Source: a virus (lineage: Duplodnaviria > Caudoviricetes). Taken from it: a stretch of DNA of 27,144 nucleotides. The notes under the pieces are model-generated. The model searched no databases and was not told the DNA's origin. It saw only the letters and a program-made list of their open reading frames with translations. Each line of letters starts with the position of its first letter. The stretch's first letter is position 1. Positions 9,018-18,888 of this stretch are shown in pieces. Location of the stretch: the IMG/VR virus record IMGVR_UViG_3300003375_000114, positions 1 through 27,144 of that record; one strand, 5' to 3'. The translations under genes were made by a program, and so were the position numbers.

Positions 9018-9881
9018 ATGACATTAGATTCATTACCACAAGTACCGCAATCTCACATCAAAGCAATGGAAAAAAAAGCGCAAGAGCTTATGGCAAAAGA
9101 TGGAATTGAAAATGTTCCTGTTGAAGTAGCACCTATTGAACAAAAACACCCTATGTTGCAGCATCAAGAAGAACCGGTTGTGCAAGATGATCCTGAAGAG
9201 CAGGAACATGAAGAAGAGCAAGTAGTTGCAGCTTCCGCACCACAAGAAACTCCTCAACAAATGAATTTTAGAATGATTCGTGAGCGAGCAGAGCGAGCAG
9301 AACGTGAACGTGATGAAGCAATGAAATACGCTATGTCATTTAATCAACAAAAATCACAGCAAAAAGTAGCAGATCTTGAAGATGATTATTCAGATATTGG
9401 TTTAGATGATGACAGTTTAGCTGAAGGGAAGCATTTAAAAAAAGTGCTGAAAGAAATGCGTGAAATGAAAAAAGAGTTACAATCATATAAGACGCAAGCA
9501 ATCAGCGACACTGTTGAAATTAAATTAAAAACACAATTTCCTGATTTTGATAAAGTAATTACTACTGAAAACCTTCAGTCATTAAGTAATATTAATCCTG
9601 ATCTTGCAGATATGATTAGCCAGACACCAGATCTTTATAAACGCGCTAAATTAGCATACGACATGGTTAAACAATTAGGTATTTATAAAGATCGTTCTTA
9701 TGAACAAGAAAAAATTGTTGCTCAAAAGAATGCAGTAAAACCCCGTCCATTGACATCTATTTCACCACAACAAGGAGATACGCCTTTATCGAAAGCAAAT
9801 GCATTCGTTAATGGTCCTTTAAGCAAAGATTTAAAAGATCAAATGTATAGAGAAATGTTGGCTTCTATGAAAGGTAGATGA
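9018..9881 (+). CDS. Putative capsid scaffolding protein
   Basis: Acidic disordered N-terminus, coiled coils, position between portal and capsid. Confidence 0.65.
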   Translation: MTLDSLPQVPQSHIKAMEKKAQELMAKDGIENVPVEVAPIEQKHPMLQHQEEPVVQDDPEEQEHEEEQVVAASAPQETPQQMNFRMIRERAERAERERDEAMKYAMSFNQQKSQQKVADLEDDYSDIGLDDDSLAEGKHLKKVLKEMREMKKELQSYKTQAISDTVEIKLKTQFPDFDKVITTENLQSLSNINPDLADMISQTPDLYKRAKLAYDMVKQLGIYKDRSYEQEKIVAQKNAVKPRPLTSISPQQGDTPLSKANAFVNGPLSKDLKDQMYREMLASMKGR

Positions 9882-10228
9882 TGAAGTTGTCTGAATTACA
9901 ACAACAGTTTGCAGAAGATACTGTTCAACTTTTTATGTTTATTCATCAACAGGGATGCGGATTTACGTATGGCGAAGCTATGCGATCTGCTGAGCAAGCT
10001 GCAATCTATGCAAAAGACGGCAAAGGAATAGCAGATAGCTTACATTGCAAGCGACTTGCTATTGATATAAATATTTTCAATAAGAATGGTAAATATATGT
10101 CCGATACTAAGGACTATGCTATCTTTGGAGAGTTTTGGGAGTCATTACATTCAGACAATAGGTGGGGTGGCAGGTTTCATCGAGCAGACGGCAATCATTT
10201 TGAGCGTAAAGATACATCTAAAGCTTGA
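9878..10228 (+). CDS. M15-family Zn peptidase (endolysin-like)
   Basis: R..EQ, SLH...AID, WGG.F..DGNHFE Zn-ligand pattern. Confidence 0.85.
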   Translation: MMKLSELQQQFAEDTVQLFMFIHQQGCGFTYGEAMRSAEQAAIYAKDGKGIADSLHCKRLAIDINIFNKNGKYMSDTKDYAIFGEFWESLHSDNRWGGRFHRADGNHFERKDTSKA

Positions 10229-10319
10229 TTTCGTTACATATAGAAACATTTGCAAAATATATAAATAGGCGTAGGATAAAAATAGATATCGTTAACCTAT
10301 TTATACAAAGGGATACTTC

Positions 10320-10565
10320 ATGAAGAAGTTGTATAGTATTTTATTGTGTATGACTGCTTGCTATGTATACACTGCAGATGTTTCTATTAACGTAAATGGA
10401 GAACAATACGGTTACTCCTTTCGCTCAGGGCAAAGATATAACTTTAATAGTCAATGCACATACGGAGCATGTTATGAAGCAAGAACGTCCTATTTTGGTA
10501 CAGCCACAAAACTTACCGCACAGCGTGAATGTCAATCATCCAGAGGAGAAAATACCCATGCGTAG
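10320..10565 (+). CDS. Secreted hypothetical protein
   Basis: Signal peptide MKKLYSILLCMTACYVYTA; AAAGGGA RBS. Confidence 0.7.
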   Translation: MKKLYSILLCMTACYVYTADVSINVNGEQYGYSFRSGQRYNFNSQCTYGACYEARTSYFGTATKLTAQRECQSSRGENTHA

Positions 10566-10959
10566 CTCTTTTAATGGTACTGGATTGTTTGCAACAACTA
10601 TTGGTGCATCATTTTTATTATTATTTTTATTAACATCTTGTGATCTTCCTCCTGCTCGTTATAATGATTTGTATGATTTTTCGATGCCTTTGCGGGTTGA
10701 ACGAACTCCTCCTCGTGGATCGAATATAAAACTTGTTGATGTTGAATTTGATGAAGATGATTATATTGAACTTGAACCTGGTAATTATGCAGTATTGTAT
10801 CGTGGATTTTTAACCAATCAATATATTATTGTTTCTGAATCTTGTATTTTAAAAATAAATACGAAAAAGCATTGCGATACTAAATATTCATTGTTAGTCT
10901 ATAAACGTGGGCAAGACAACTTATTATCTCTGTGTTCATGTATTAATGCTTCTTCTTAA
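10558..10959 (+). CDS. Putative lipoprotein
   Basis: GGAG RBS before ATG 10558; hydrophobic stretch ending LLTSC (lipobox-like). Confidence 0.55.
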   Translation: MRSSFNGTGLFATTIGASFLLLFLLTSCDLPPARYNDLYDFSMPLRVERTPPRGSNIKLVDVEFDEDDYIELEPGNYAVLYRGFLTNQYIIVSESCILKINTKKHCDTKYSLLVYKRGQDNLLSLCSCINASS

Positions 10960-10984
10960 AACGTTTCTGGTTAGTATGAATTGT

Positions 10985-11019
10985 AAGATGTGCTGTTTAC
11001 ACCGGCACATCTTTTTTTT
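10985..11019 (+). terminator. Intrinsic terminator
   Basis: AAGATGTGC / GCACATCTT stem followed by a T-run. Confidence 0.75.
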
Positions 11020-11056
11020 ATAATCTTGTATATGTTTAATTAAAAAAAAGGATATT

Positions 11057-11307
11057 ATGTTTAAACATTTCAAACCAATTAATGATAATGTTCTTGTTGA
11101 GCTCATTGAAAAAGAGAAAACAACAACAGGTGGCATTATTATTCCTGATCAAGCACAAGAAAAAACTTCGCAAGCAGTTGTCGTGCATCCTGGAAAATCA
11201 GAACAGTTAGTTCAAGGTGATCGTGTATTCTTTAAAAAATATATGGGAACATCACTTGATACACATCATTTGGTATTAAAAGAAGAAGATATTTTGGGCG
11301 TTTTGTA

Positions 11308-11308
<1 letters not shown>
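11057..11308 (+). CDS. groES: Co-chaperonin GroES (short)
   Basis: FKPINDNVLV, mobile loop TTGGIIIP, GDRVFF, LKEEDILGVL. Confidence 0.93.
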
Positions 11309-13120
<1,812 letters not shown>

Positions 13121-13164
13121 TAAGTTATTTATCAATCTTTTTTTGATGATAATTATTTATTTCT

Positions 13165-13201
13165 ATTAAGGCAATCCAACAGTTAGATTGCCTTAATTTT
13201 T
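13165..13201 (+). terminator. Intrinsic terminator after groEL
   Basis: ATTAAGGCAATC / GATTGCCTTAAT followed by T-run. Confidence 0.75.
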
Positions 13202-13204
13202 ATG

Positions 13205-13275
13205 ACCCCCATAACTTAATTGGTAAATCTCATTTCTAGAGGATGAGCATGCGAGTTCGAGTCTCGTTGGGGGTC
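13205..13275 (+). tRNA. tRNA-like element / pseudo-tRNA, ambiguous anticodon (TAG or CTA)
   Basis: Acceptor ACCCCCA/TGGGGGT, TA at 8-9, D-loop AATTGGTA, T-arm GCGAG-TTCGAGT-CTCGT; weak D-stem, atypical anticodon loop, no encoded CCA. Confidence 0.6.
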
Positions 13276-13290
13276 ATCATGATTTTATTC

Positions 13291-13320
13291 TTGCGCATTC
13301 TTTTTACTTTTTTTTATACT
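13291..13320 (+). promoter_or_regulatory. Sigma70-like promoter for the capsid operon
   Basis: TTGCGC-18 nt-TATACT; predicted start near 13327. Confidence 0.6.
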
Positions 13321-13326
13321 ATCATC

Positions 13327-13420
13327 AACGTAATTCATAGAGTCGTGCTCTATACCCATTTTTAGGCGTATATATGAATTTCGCCAATTCAAAGACGTAT
13401 ATAAAAGCCCCGTCAGCTTT
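13327..13420 (+). ncRNA. Candidate structured leader: three 27-nt pseudoknot units
   Basis: RRCGTA-N4-stem6-YCGYS-stem6 at 13327, 13365 and 13394 with compensatory changes. Confidence 0.65.
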
Positions 13421-13457
13421 AAGTTGTTATTGTATAAATCACGCTTAAGGAAATAAT

Positions 13458-13769
13458 ATGTCAATTACTACTACAAGTATATTGCCAGCACCGGTGCAAC
13501 AAAGCTTTAGTTATAAGTTATTGTCTGTGCCAGTGCCAAACATGATCCACAAGATCCCGGCAATGTTAAAAGTTATGCCAAGAAATGGTGGTACAACTCT
13601 TCGTATGAGAAGATATAATCCATTGCAAACAGCTATGGTACCACTAGGAAATTCTGGTGTAACACCTCCAGCTCAAAACCTAACTGCAATCGATATCGAT
13701 GCGCAAATTTCATTTTATGGGACTTATGTTCAGTTGAATGAACAGGTGACATTGCAAAACCAAGACCCT
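13458..13769 (+). CDS. Major capsid protein (N4-gp56-like), exon 1
   Basis: MPRNGGTTLRMRRYNPL...GVTPPAQNL...YGTYV; ends ...LQNQDP at the predicted 5' splice site. Confidence 0.88.
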
Positions 13770-13824
13770 AAAATGAATGGGGTCGTTAAATTTTCTCTAA
13801 TTGACTTGGAAACCGTAGTGGCGT

Positions 13825-14334
13825 TTAGCTAACCGGTGACAGGGCCGAAGGATTTTTTAAAGGATGTTCATGATAGCGCGAATTAAGATTTTTCATTTCA
13901 CTCAACAGTTCAAGTCGTTTGGCGATAATTTCGTCGGACAATCTTTTGCTGCCAATATTTTTGGAAGTGAGGCGATATCTCTTCATTACGTCGCATTGTT
14001 TTTTTTTGATGATAAGATATGGTTCGACCAAGGGCAGAATGTAATCCAACATTGGTCCAGTTGCTTGCCAATTATAAACTGGTCTTGTGAAAGTTTTTTT
14101 GCTAGTCCATCTATATCTAGAATCTTTAGAACCACCAAAAGTATCTTCAAGCCATATTATAAGTTCCTCATCGCAGCTTGTTATTTTAAGCATGCTATGC
14201 CATTGAAGACCGTTGCCATATTTGCCTTGTTTAACATGACCCAAATACAAGCAACCTTCTCCATCAATAAGGCCTGCAAGATAAGCGATTTGAGCAATAT
14301 TATGATTTGTAATGAATTTAACTATTTTACCCAT
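13825..14334 (-). CDS. LAGLIDADG homing endonuclease (single motif)
   Basis: YLAGLIDGEGCL, ILPLVEPYLIIKKKQ; GAAAGGA RBS on minus strand. Confidence 0.92.
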   Translation of the reverse strand: MGKIVKFITNHNIAQIAYLAGLIDGEGCLYLGHVKQGKYGNGLQWHSMLKITSCDEELIIWLEDTFGGSKDSRYRWTSKKTFTRPVYNWQATGPMLDYILPLVEPYLIIKKKQCDVMKRYRLTSKNIGSKRLSDEIIAKRLELLSEMKNLNSRYHEHPLKNPSALSPVS

Positions 14335-14355
14335 GAATATCCTTTCATTTATAAT

Positions 14356-14364
14356 AGTATAGCA
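14356..14364 (-). promoter_or_regulatory. Extended -10 promoter for the endonuclease
   Basis: TGCTATACT on minus strand about 22 nt upstream of ATG. Confidence 0.55.
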
Positions 14365-14514
14365 TTAAATGAAAATAAAATCCACGGTGAACGACTAAGT
14401 GAGAAAACTCCATTTTATGGGGATGCGATAGTCTGACCTCTGGAGGAAACCCAGAGAGGCGAATCCGAAGAGGTTTGCCCGCCATAGAAATATGGTCATA
14501 AAAGTAACAGAATG

Positions 14515-15150
14515 GTTCTCAATGAATGTGCAGCTCGTTTAGGTGTGTCATTACGCCAAACAGAAGATCAGTTAACACGTGATATGTTAGCTTCAACTGC
14601 TTCATTTATTAACTGTACAGGTGGTGTTAATGGTGATAACCCTACAGAATTAACTCGTTCAGATGTTGATACTGTTGTTGAAGCATTAGTTGGTAACAAT
14701 GCTTATACAATTATGGATAACATTGAAGGCGAAGATCGTTTTGGAACAGCGCCAGTTCGTGATGCTTATTTTGCATTATGTAACTCAGCATTGATTGGAA
14801 ATTTTGATAACGTAAACGGATTTATTAATAAATCTCAATATCCATCTCCAATGAATGCATTGCGTTCAGAATGGGGTGCTATTGGTAATTTACGTTTCTT
14901 AATTTCATCAATTGGCTCTTCAACATTAAATGCATCAGCTTTAGGGCAAACTGTATATAATATCTTTTGTGTTGGTATGGAAGCGTATGCTTGTATCGAA
15001 CAAGATGGTTATTCAGCTTCATTCATTTATAGACCGCCAATATATGATGGACCTTTAGCGTTAAACGCAAGTGTTGGATATAAATTTGCTGAAGTTCCAA
15101 GAATCACTAATGATCTTTGGGTATTCAACTTACGTTGCACATTAGCTTAA
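14515..15150 (+). CDS. Major capsid protein, exon 2 (spliced product 315 aa)
   Basis: VLNECAARLG...EDQLTRD, EWGAIGNLRF, GPLALNASVGYK. Confidence 0.88.
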   Translation, partial: VLNECAARLGVSLRQTEDQLTRDMLASTASFINCTGGVNGDNPTELTRSDVDTVVEALVGNNAYTIMDNIEGEDRFGTAPVRDAYFALCNSALIGNFDNVNGFINKSQYPSPMNALRSEWGAIGNLRFLISSIGSSTLNASALGQTVYNIFCVGMEAYACIEQDGYSASFIYRPPIYDGPLALNASVGYKFAEVPRITNDLWVFNLRCTLA

Positions 15151-15162
15151 GAAAGGAATACT

Positions 15163-16149
15163 ATGTCAGATAATACTATTATACAACAAGGTTTTTTCAC
15201 TTCTACTGGTGCAGCTCAAATCATTCCTCTACGTTCTGGTGTAGACTGGATGAGGGTATATAATTCAACTGTTGCAGCTGCAAACCAAACCACCGCAATT
15301 GGTGTTGAATTTTATTGGCAAGCAGGCTTCCCTCAAGGAGCTATGTGGGAATATCTTAAGTCTAGCGCTGCAAATGCTGCTAACTTATCCCAATATCTTA
15401 CTTCAGGTGGTTTTACTTATATCGATTCATCTCTTTATAATTATGGTGTGGTCAATGCTACAACTACAGCTATTTCTACTGCTAGCATTCCTGTCGTTAC
15501 TAATTCTGGTACTAATGGATTGATTGCAGGACAAGTTGTTCGTATTTTAAGCCAATCTGGTTCACCTCAATTTGGTGGTATCGATTTTACAGTTGGTATC
15601 AATACATTAAGTTCAACTACATTTAGTTTGGATTATGCGCCACAACTTTCAACAGCTGGTACTTCTGGTTCTTGGATGTTAATAAATACTGATCCATTGT
15701 TTTATCCTCGTCGTCGTTTTATTATGTCGATTTCGCAAGCATCTGCTGCAGTTGTTACCACTTCAGTACCTCATGGTTACCAAGTTGGTCAACAGGTGAG
15801 ATTTAATATTGATTCTCATTATGGCATGGTGCAATTAAATAATGTTCAAGCGACAGTTACTGCTGTTAATAGCGTTTCTTCGTTTGTTATTAATGTTGAT
15901 ACATCAGCATTTAATGCTTTTGTATTCCCTTCATCATCTGCAGTTCCTTTCACTCCAGCACAAGTTGTGCCAATAGGTGAAAATACAGCGGTTGCTGAAT
16001 CAAATAACGTCAATATTCTTTCTGATGCAACAGTTAATACTGGATTTATCGGTATGAGCTTAGCTGCAGGTGCAAATAGCCCAGCAGGTCAAAGCGGTAA
16101 CGTTATTTATTGGGTTGCTGGTAAATCATTTAGCAATAACGGTATGTAA
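15163..16149 (+). CDS. Virion structural/decoration protein with beta-rich repeats
   Basis: Follows capsid; two ISxAxxxVVT...GxxxGQxVR repeats (E1-FCCH-like). Confidence 0.7.
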   Translation: MSDNTIIQQGFFTSTGAAQIIPLRSGVDWMRVYNSTVAAANQTTAIGVEFYWQAGFPQGAMWEYLKSSAANAANLSQYLTSGGFTYIDSSLYNYGVVNATTTAISTASIPVVTNSGTNGLIAGQVVRILSQSGSPQFGGIDFTVGINTLSSTTFSLDYAPQLSTAGTSGSWMLINTDPLFYPRRRFIMSISQASAAVVTTSVPHGYQVGQQVRFNIDSHYGMVQLNNVQATVTAVNSVSSFVINVDTSAFNAFVFPSSSAVPFTPAQVVPIGENTAVAESNNVNILSDATVNTGFIGMSLAAGANSPAGQSGNVIYWVAGKSFSNNGM

Positions 16150-16151
16150 TT

Positions 16152-16218
16152 TATTGTCGCTCTTAATGATTAATTATAAATAAATTTAGTTAGTGTAGTC
16201 ACATTAAGAGCGACAATA
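16152..16218. repeat. 17-bp perfect inverted repeat
   Basis: TATTGTCGCTCTTAATG / CATTAAGAGCGACAATA with 33-nt spacer. Confidence 0.85.
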
Positions 16219-16239
16219 TAAAAAATAAAAAGGAAATTT

Positions 16240-16668
16240 ATGACAGGCAAAAGCGTTGTTTCTCACAAAGTAAAACCAAGTAAAGATACCATTACAGAAG
16301 TGGCAAAAAAACTTGCTATAGAACAAGCAAAAGATCGTGAGTTAGTAAAAGGTGTATTTAAGTATTATGAAGTTCCAGGCGGAGTTATGGAATTTTGTTT
16401 TAAAAAATACAAAGGTGACCCATTAGAAAAATATGAATTGCATGATAACAAGGTATATACTATACCACTTGGAGTTGCAAAACATATTAACAATAATACA
16501 TGGTATCCAATTCATCAATACACTAAAAATGAAGATGGTAGTCCTGCGCAAACGATAGGTCAAAAAATACGGCGTATGGCATTTCAAAGTCTTGAATTTA
16601 TGGATGTTGATGGTATGGGAGATGATATCAGTAAAGTAATTACTGTTAATAACGTACTACATCGATAA
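16240..16668 (+). CDS. Hypothetical phage protein
   Basis: AAAGGA RBS, structural module. Confidence 0.8.
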   Translation: MTGKSVVSHKVKPSKDTITEVAKKLAIEQAKDRELVKGVFKYYEVPGGVMEFCFKKYKGDPLEKYELHDNKVYTIPLGVAKHINNNTWYPIHQYTKNEDGSPAQTIGQKIRRMAFQSLEFMDVDGMGDDISKVITVNNVLHR

Positions 16669-16677
16669 AGGAATATC

Positions 16678-17043
16678 ATGTCTATCCAGGCGCAACAGTA
16701 TCCAGTATTCCAGCCAGCTTTGAGAATCATAACGAATATCACCAACGCATATCCAGCAGTTGTTACTACATCGTTTCCTCATCAATATAAAACTGGACTT
16801 ATTGTGCGGCTTATATTGACGCCTGGATGGGGTATGATTCAAGCAAATCAACAGATGAGTGATATTACAGTACTGACTTCAAATACTTTTAGTATCAATA
16901 TAGATACGACTTTGTACCAACCTTTTACGACTCCATCAACTGTTCCTGACAACTTGCAATATCCTCAATGTATCCCCACAGGAGAAGTTAATTCTACGGT
17001 ATATTTAGCAACGGTTAACATTTTACCTTATGGAGCAGTATAA
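16678..17043 (+). CDS. Small structural protein, single FCCH-like domain
   Basis: ITNITNAYPAVVTTSFPHQYKTGLIVRL...FSINIDT matches the second repeat of 15163..16149. Confidence 0.7.
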   Translation: MSIQAQQYPVFQPALRIITNITNAYPAVVTTSFPHQYKTGLIVRLILTPGWGMIQANQQMSDITVLTSNTFSINIDTTLYQPFTTPSTVPDNLQYPQCIPTGEVNSTVYLATVNILPYGAV

Positions 17044-18188
17044 TGGCAGATTCAACATTACTTGCAATACGCAATAAAGTTCGATTGATTACGCGTAGTC
17101 TTTCTGAAGCGCAATTAAGCACAGCAAAAATTGATCAATATATTAATACTTATATGCTGTATGATTTTCCTGAAACATTACGGCTATTTAATTTAAAAAC
17201 TACATTTTCATTTTATACTTTGCCGTTTGTTGATACTTATTCAACTACTACCAATCCCGCAAGCCCTTTGTATAATTTTACCAATAAATATATTACCACT
17301 GATTCTCCTATTTATATTGCAGGTTATAATGCTTTATTTAGTCAATCCCGTGAGCAATTTTACGGGATTTATCCTCTTGTTAACTCTATTGCTAGTATTG
17401 GTGTTACAGGAAATGGTTCGGTAAATTATTTTCAGGGTGTTGTAAACTCGCAACAAGCAAATGTACCTCAAAATAGCACGCAACTTATAACATTGTTGCA
17501 AAACAATGTGCTATTTAGTTCTATTGATAGCAATGGTAATGGTCTTGCTATGCAAGATTCACCTATTTTAGATGCTACAACGGGTAATCCTACTCATTTT
17601 GGTTTATTGTATAATGCTTTAGCAACGAATGAAAATGCATATAATGCAATTTTAAATCCAAATGGAATACCTGTTTTGTCATTGCCAGCACCATATCAAT
17701 CCAATGCTAATTTTCCGAGTACAAATTATATTAATTATCTTACTGGCCAATATTATGTGACATTTCCTACAGCTCCTGCTGCTGGTGTGCCTATTAATAG
17801 TCAAACAGTGCCTCAAAATGCTGCATTACCTCAAGCTTTACTTTTTTATGATGGTAGTTTTGTTGTACGACCTGTTCCAGATCAATCTTATCGTGTCGAT
17901 ATGGAAGTATGGAAGCAGCCAACTGAGTTATTAGCAGCAAATCAATCACCTGAACTATCAGAATGGTGGCAGCTTATTGCATTTAATTCGGCAAAAAAGG
18001 TGTTTGAAGATCGTATGGATTATGATTCTATCAATTTAATTATGCCATCATTGAAAGAACAGGAAGTATTAGTATTGCGTAGAACCATTGTACAAAACAC
18101 TACTCAACGTGTTGCAACGATTTATAGTGAGCAAGGAAGAACTGGGTATAATAATAATGGTTTTGGAATGGGTGGAGGTAACTTCTAA
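17043..18188 (+). CDS. Putative head-tail adaptor / tail tubular protein
   Basis: LLAIRNKVR...IDQYIN N-terminus, VRPVPDQSY, helical C-terminus; position. Confidence 0.55.
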   Translation: MADSTLLAIRNKVRLITRSLSEAQLSTAKIDQYINTYMLYDFPETLRLFNLKTTFSFYTLPFVDTYSTTTNPASPLYNFTNKYITTDSPIYIAGYNALFSQSREQFYGIYPLVNSIASIGVTGNGSVNYFQGVVNSQQANVPQNSTQLITLLQNNVLFSSIDSNGNGLAMQDSPILDATTGNPTHFGLLYNALATNENAYNAILNPNGIPVLSLPAPYQSNANFPSTNYINYLTGQYYVTFPTAPAAGVPINSQTVPQNAALPQALLFYDGSFVVRPVPDQSYRVDMEVWKQPTELLAANQSPELSEWWQLIAFNSAKKVFEDRMDYDSINLIMPSLKEQEVLVLRRTIVQNTTQRVATIYSEQGRTGYNNNGFGMGGGNF

Positions 18189-18886
18189 TGTCAGGACCAG
18201 TTTATACATTTACACCAAACACACCCAATGCTGCAGATGCTATGAATGCAACGCAGCCATTAATTTTAGCTAACTTTCAAGCTATAGCTGAATGGGTCGA
18301 CGTTAATCATGTTGGATTTAATCAAGAAAATACTGGAAAACATAATGTTATTGGTATGCCTAACCAATCAACGCCACCAGATACTGCGACTGGCGAAGTT
18401 GCTATGTTTGTTCAAGCAACTCCTGATGGACCTAATGCCAGTGAAATATTTATAGAATATCCAGGTAATAATAGTTCTAATTCATTATCACCGGTGCAAA
18501 TATCAAATGTTACTACGCCTGCAGGTGTAGGAGCAATTGGTTACATAACACAATATAATGCTATTGGAGGAAGTGGATTTATTAAATTCCCTTCAGGTTT
18601 TATGTTAAAATGGATTGGACCACAGGGTTCATTTCAAACTGGAGTTTATCCATATGTGTATCCAACGACGTATTATAATTATGACACTGCTCAAGATGAA
18701 ACGGCTCCTGTTTTTGTTAATGCGCCTACAGTTATAATTAATGCTGCTAGTGTTGGTGGGGGAGCTAATAATGCAAATTGGTTTGCGTCTAATTCAACGC
18801 AAACTTCTTTTACATACAATACTGTTTCAGGATCAAATGCTTTAAGTAATGTGCAAGGTATTAGCACTCTTTCTTGGGGATTTTAA
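18188..18886 (+). CDS. Tail fibre/spike-like protein, paralog 1
   Basis: Shared N-terminus TQP.I.ANFQ...VNH...G.H; beta-rich C-terminus. Confidence 0.65.
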   Translation: MSGPVYTFTPNTPNAADAMNATQPLILANFQAIAEWVDVNHVGFNQENTGKHNVIGMPNQSTPPDTATGEVAMFVQATPDGPNASEIFIEYPGNNSSNSLSPVQISNVTTPAGVGAIGYITQYNAIGGSGFIKFPSGFMLKWIGPQGSFQTGVYPYVYPTTYYNYDTAQDETAPVFVNAPTVIINAASVGGGANNANWFASNSTQTSFTYNTVSGSNALSNVQGISTLSWGF

Positions 18887-18888
18887 TT

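Larger units (their letters stand above)
13770..14514 (+). mobile_element. Group I self-splicing intron with homing endonuclease
   Basis: P1 GACCCT/GGGGTC with U-G at the splice site; P3 TTTTCTC(13791)/GAGAAAA(14401); P7 GACTA(14393)/TAGTC(14429); P8; P9-region hairpins; terminal G14514; removal restores frame (DP|VLNE). Confidence 0.92.

Noticed and set aside
13205-13275. Evidence for genome-wide amber recoding
   Set aside because: All long genes are intact under the standard code; the anticodon is ambiguous
13327-13420. HDV-like (theta) ribozyme downstream of the tRNA-like element
   Set aside because: Units are too short, and I cannot build the nested double-pseudoknot core
13864-14436. 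190-aa plus-strand ORF inside the intron
   Set aside because: Antisense shadow of the LAGLIDADG gene, runs through P7/P8 and has no recognisable motif
14512-15150. Independent gene starting at ATG 14512
   Set aside because: The G of this ATG is the intron terminal G; no clear RBS; better explained as exon 2
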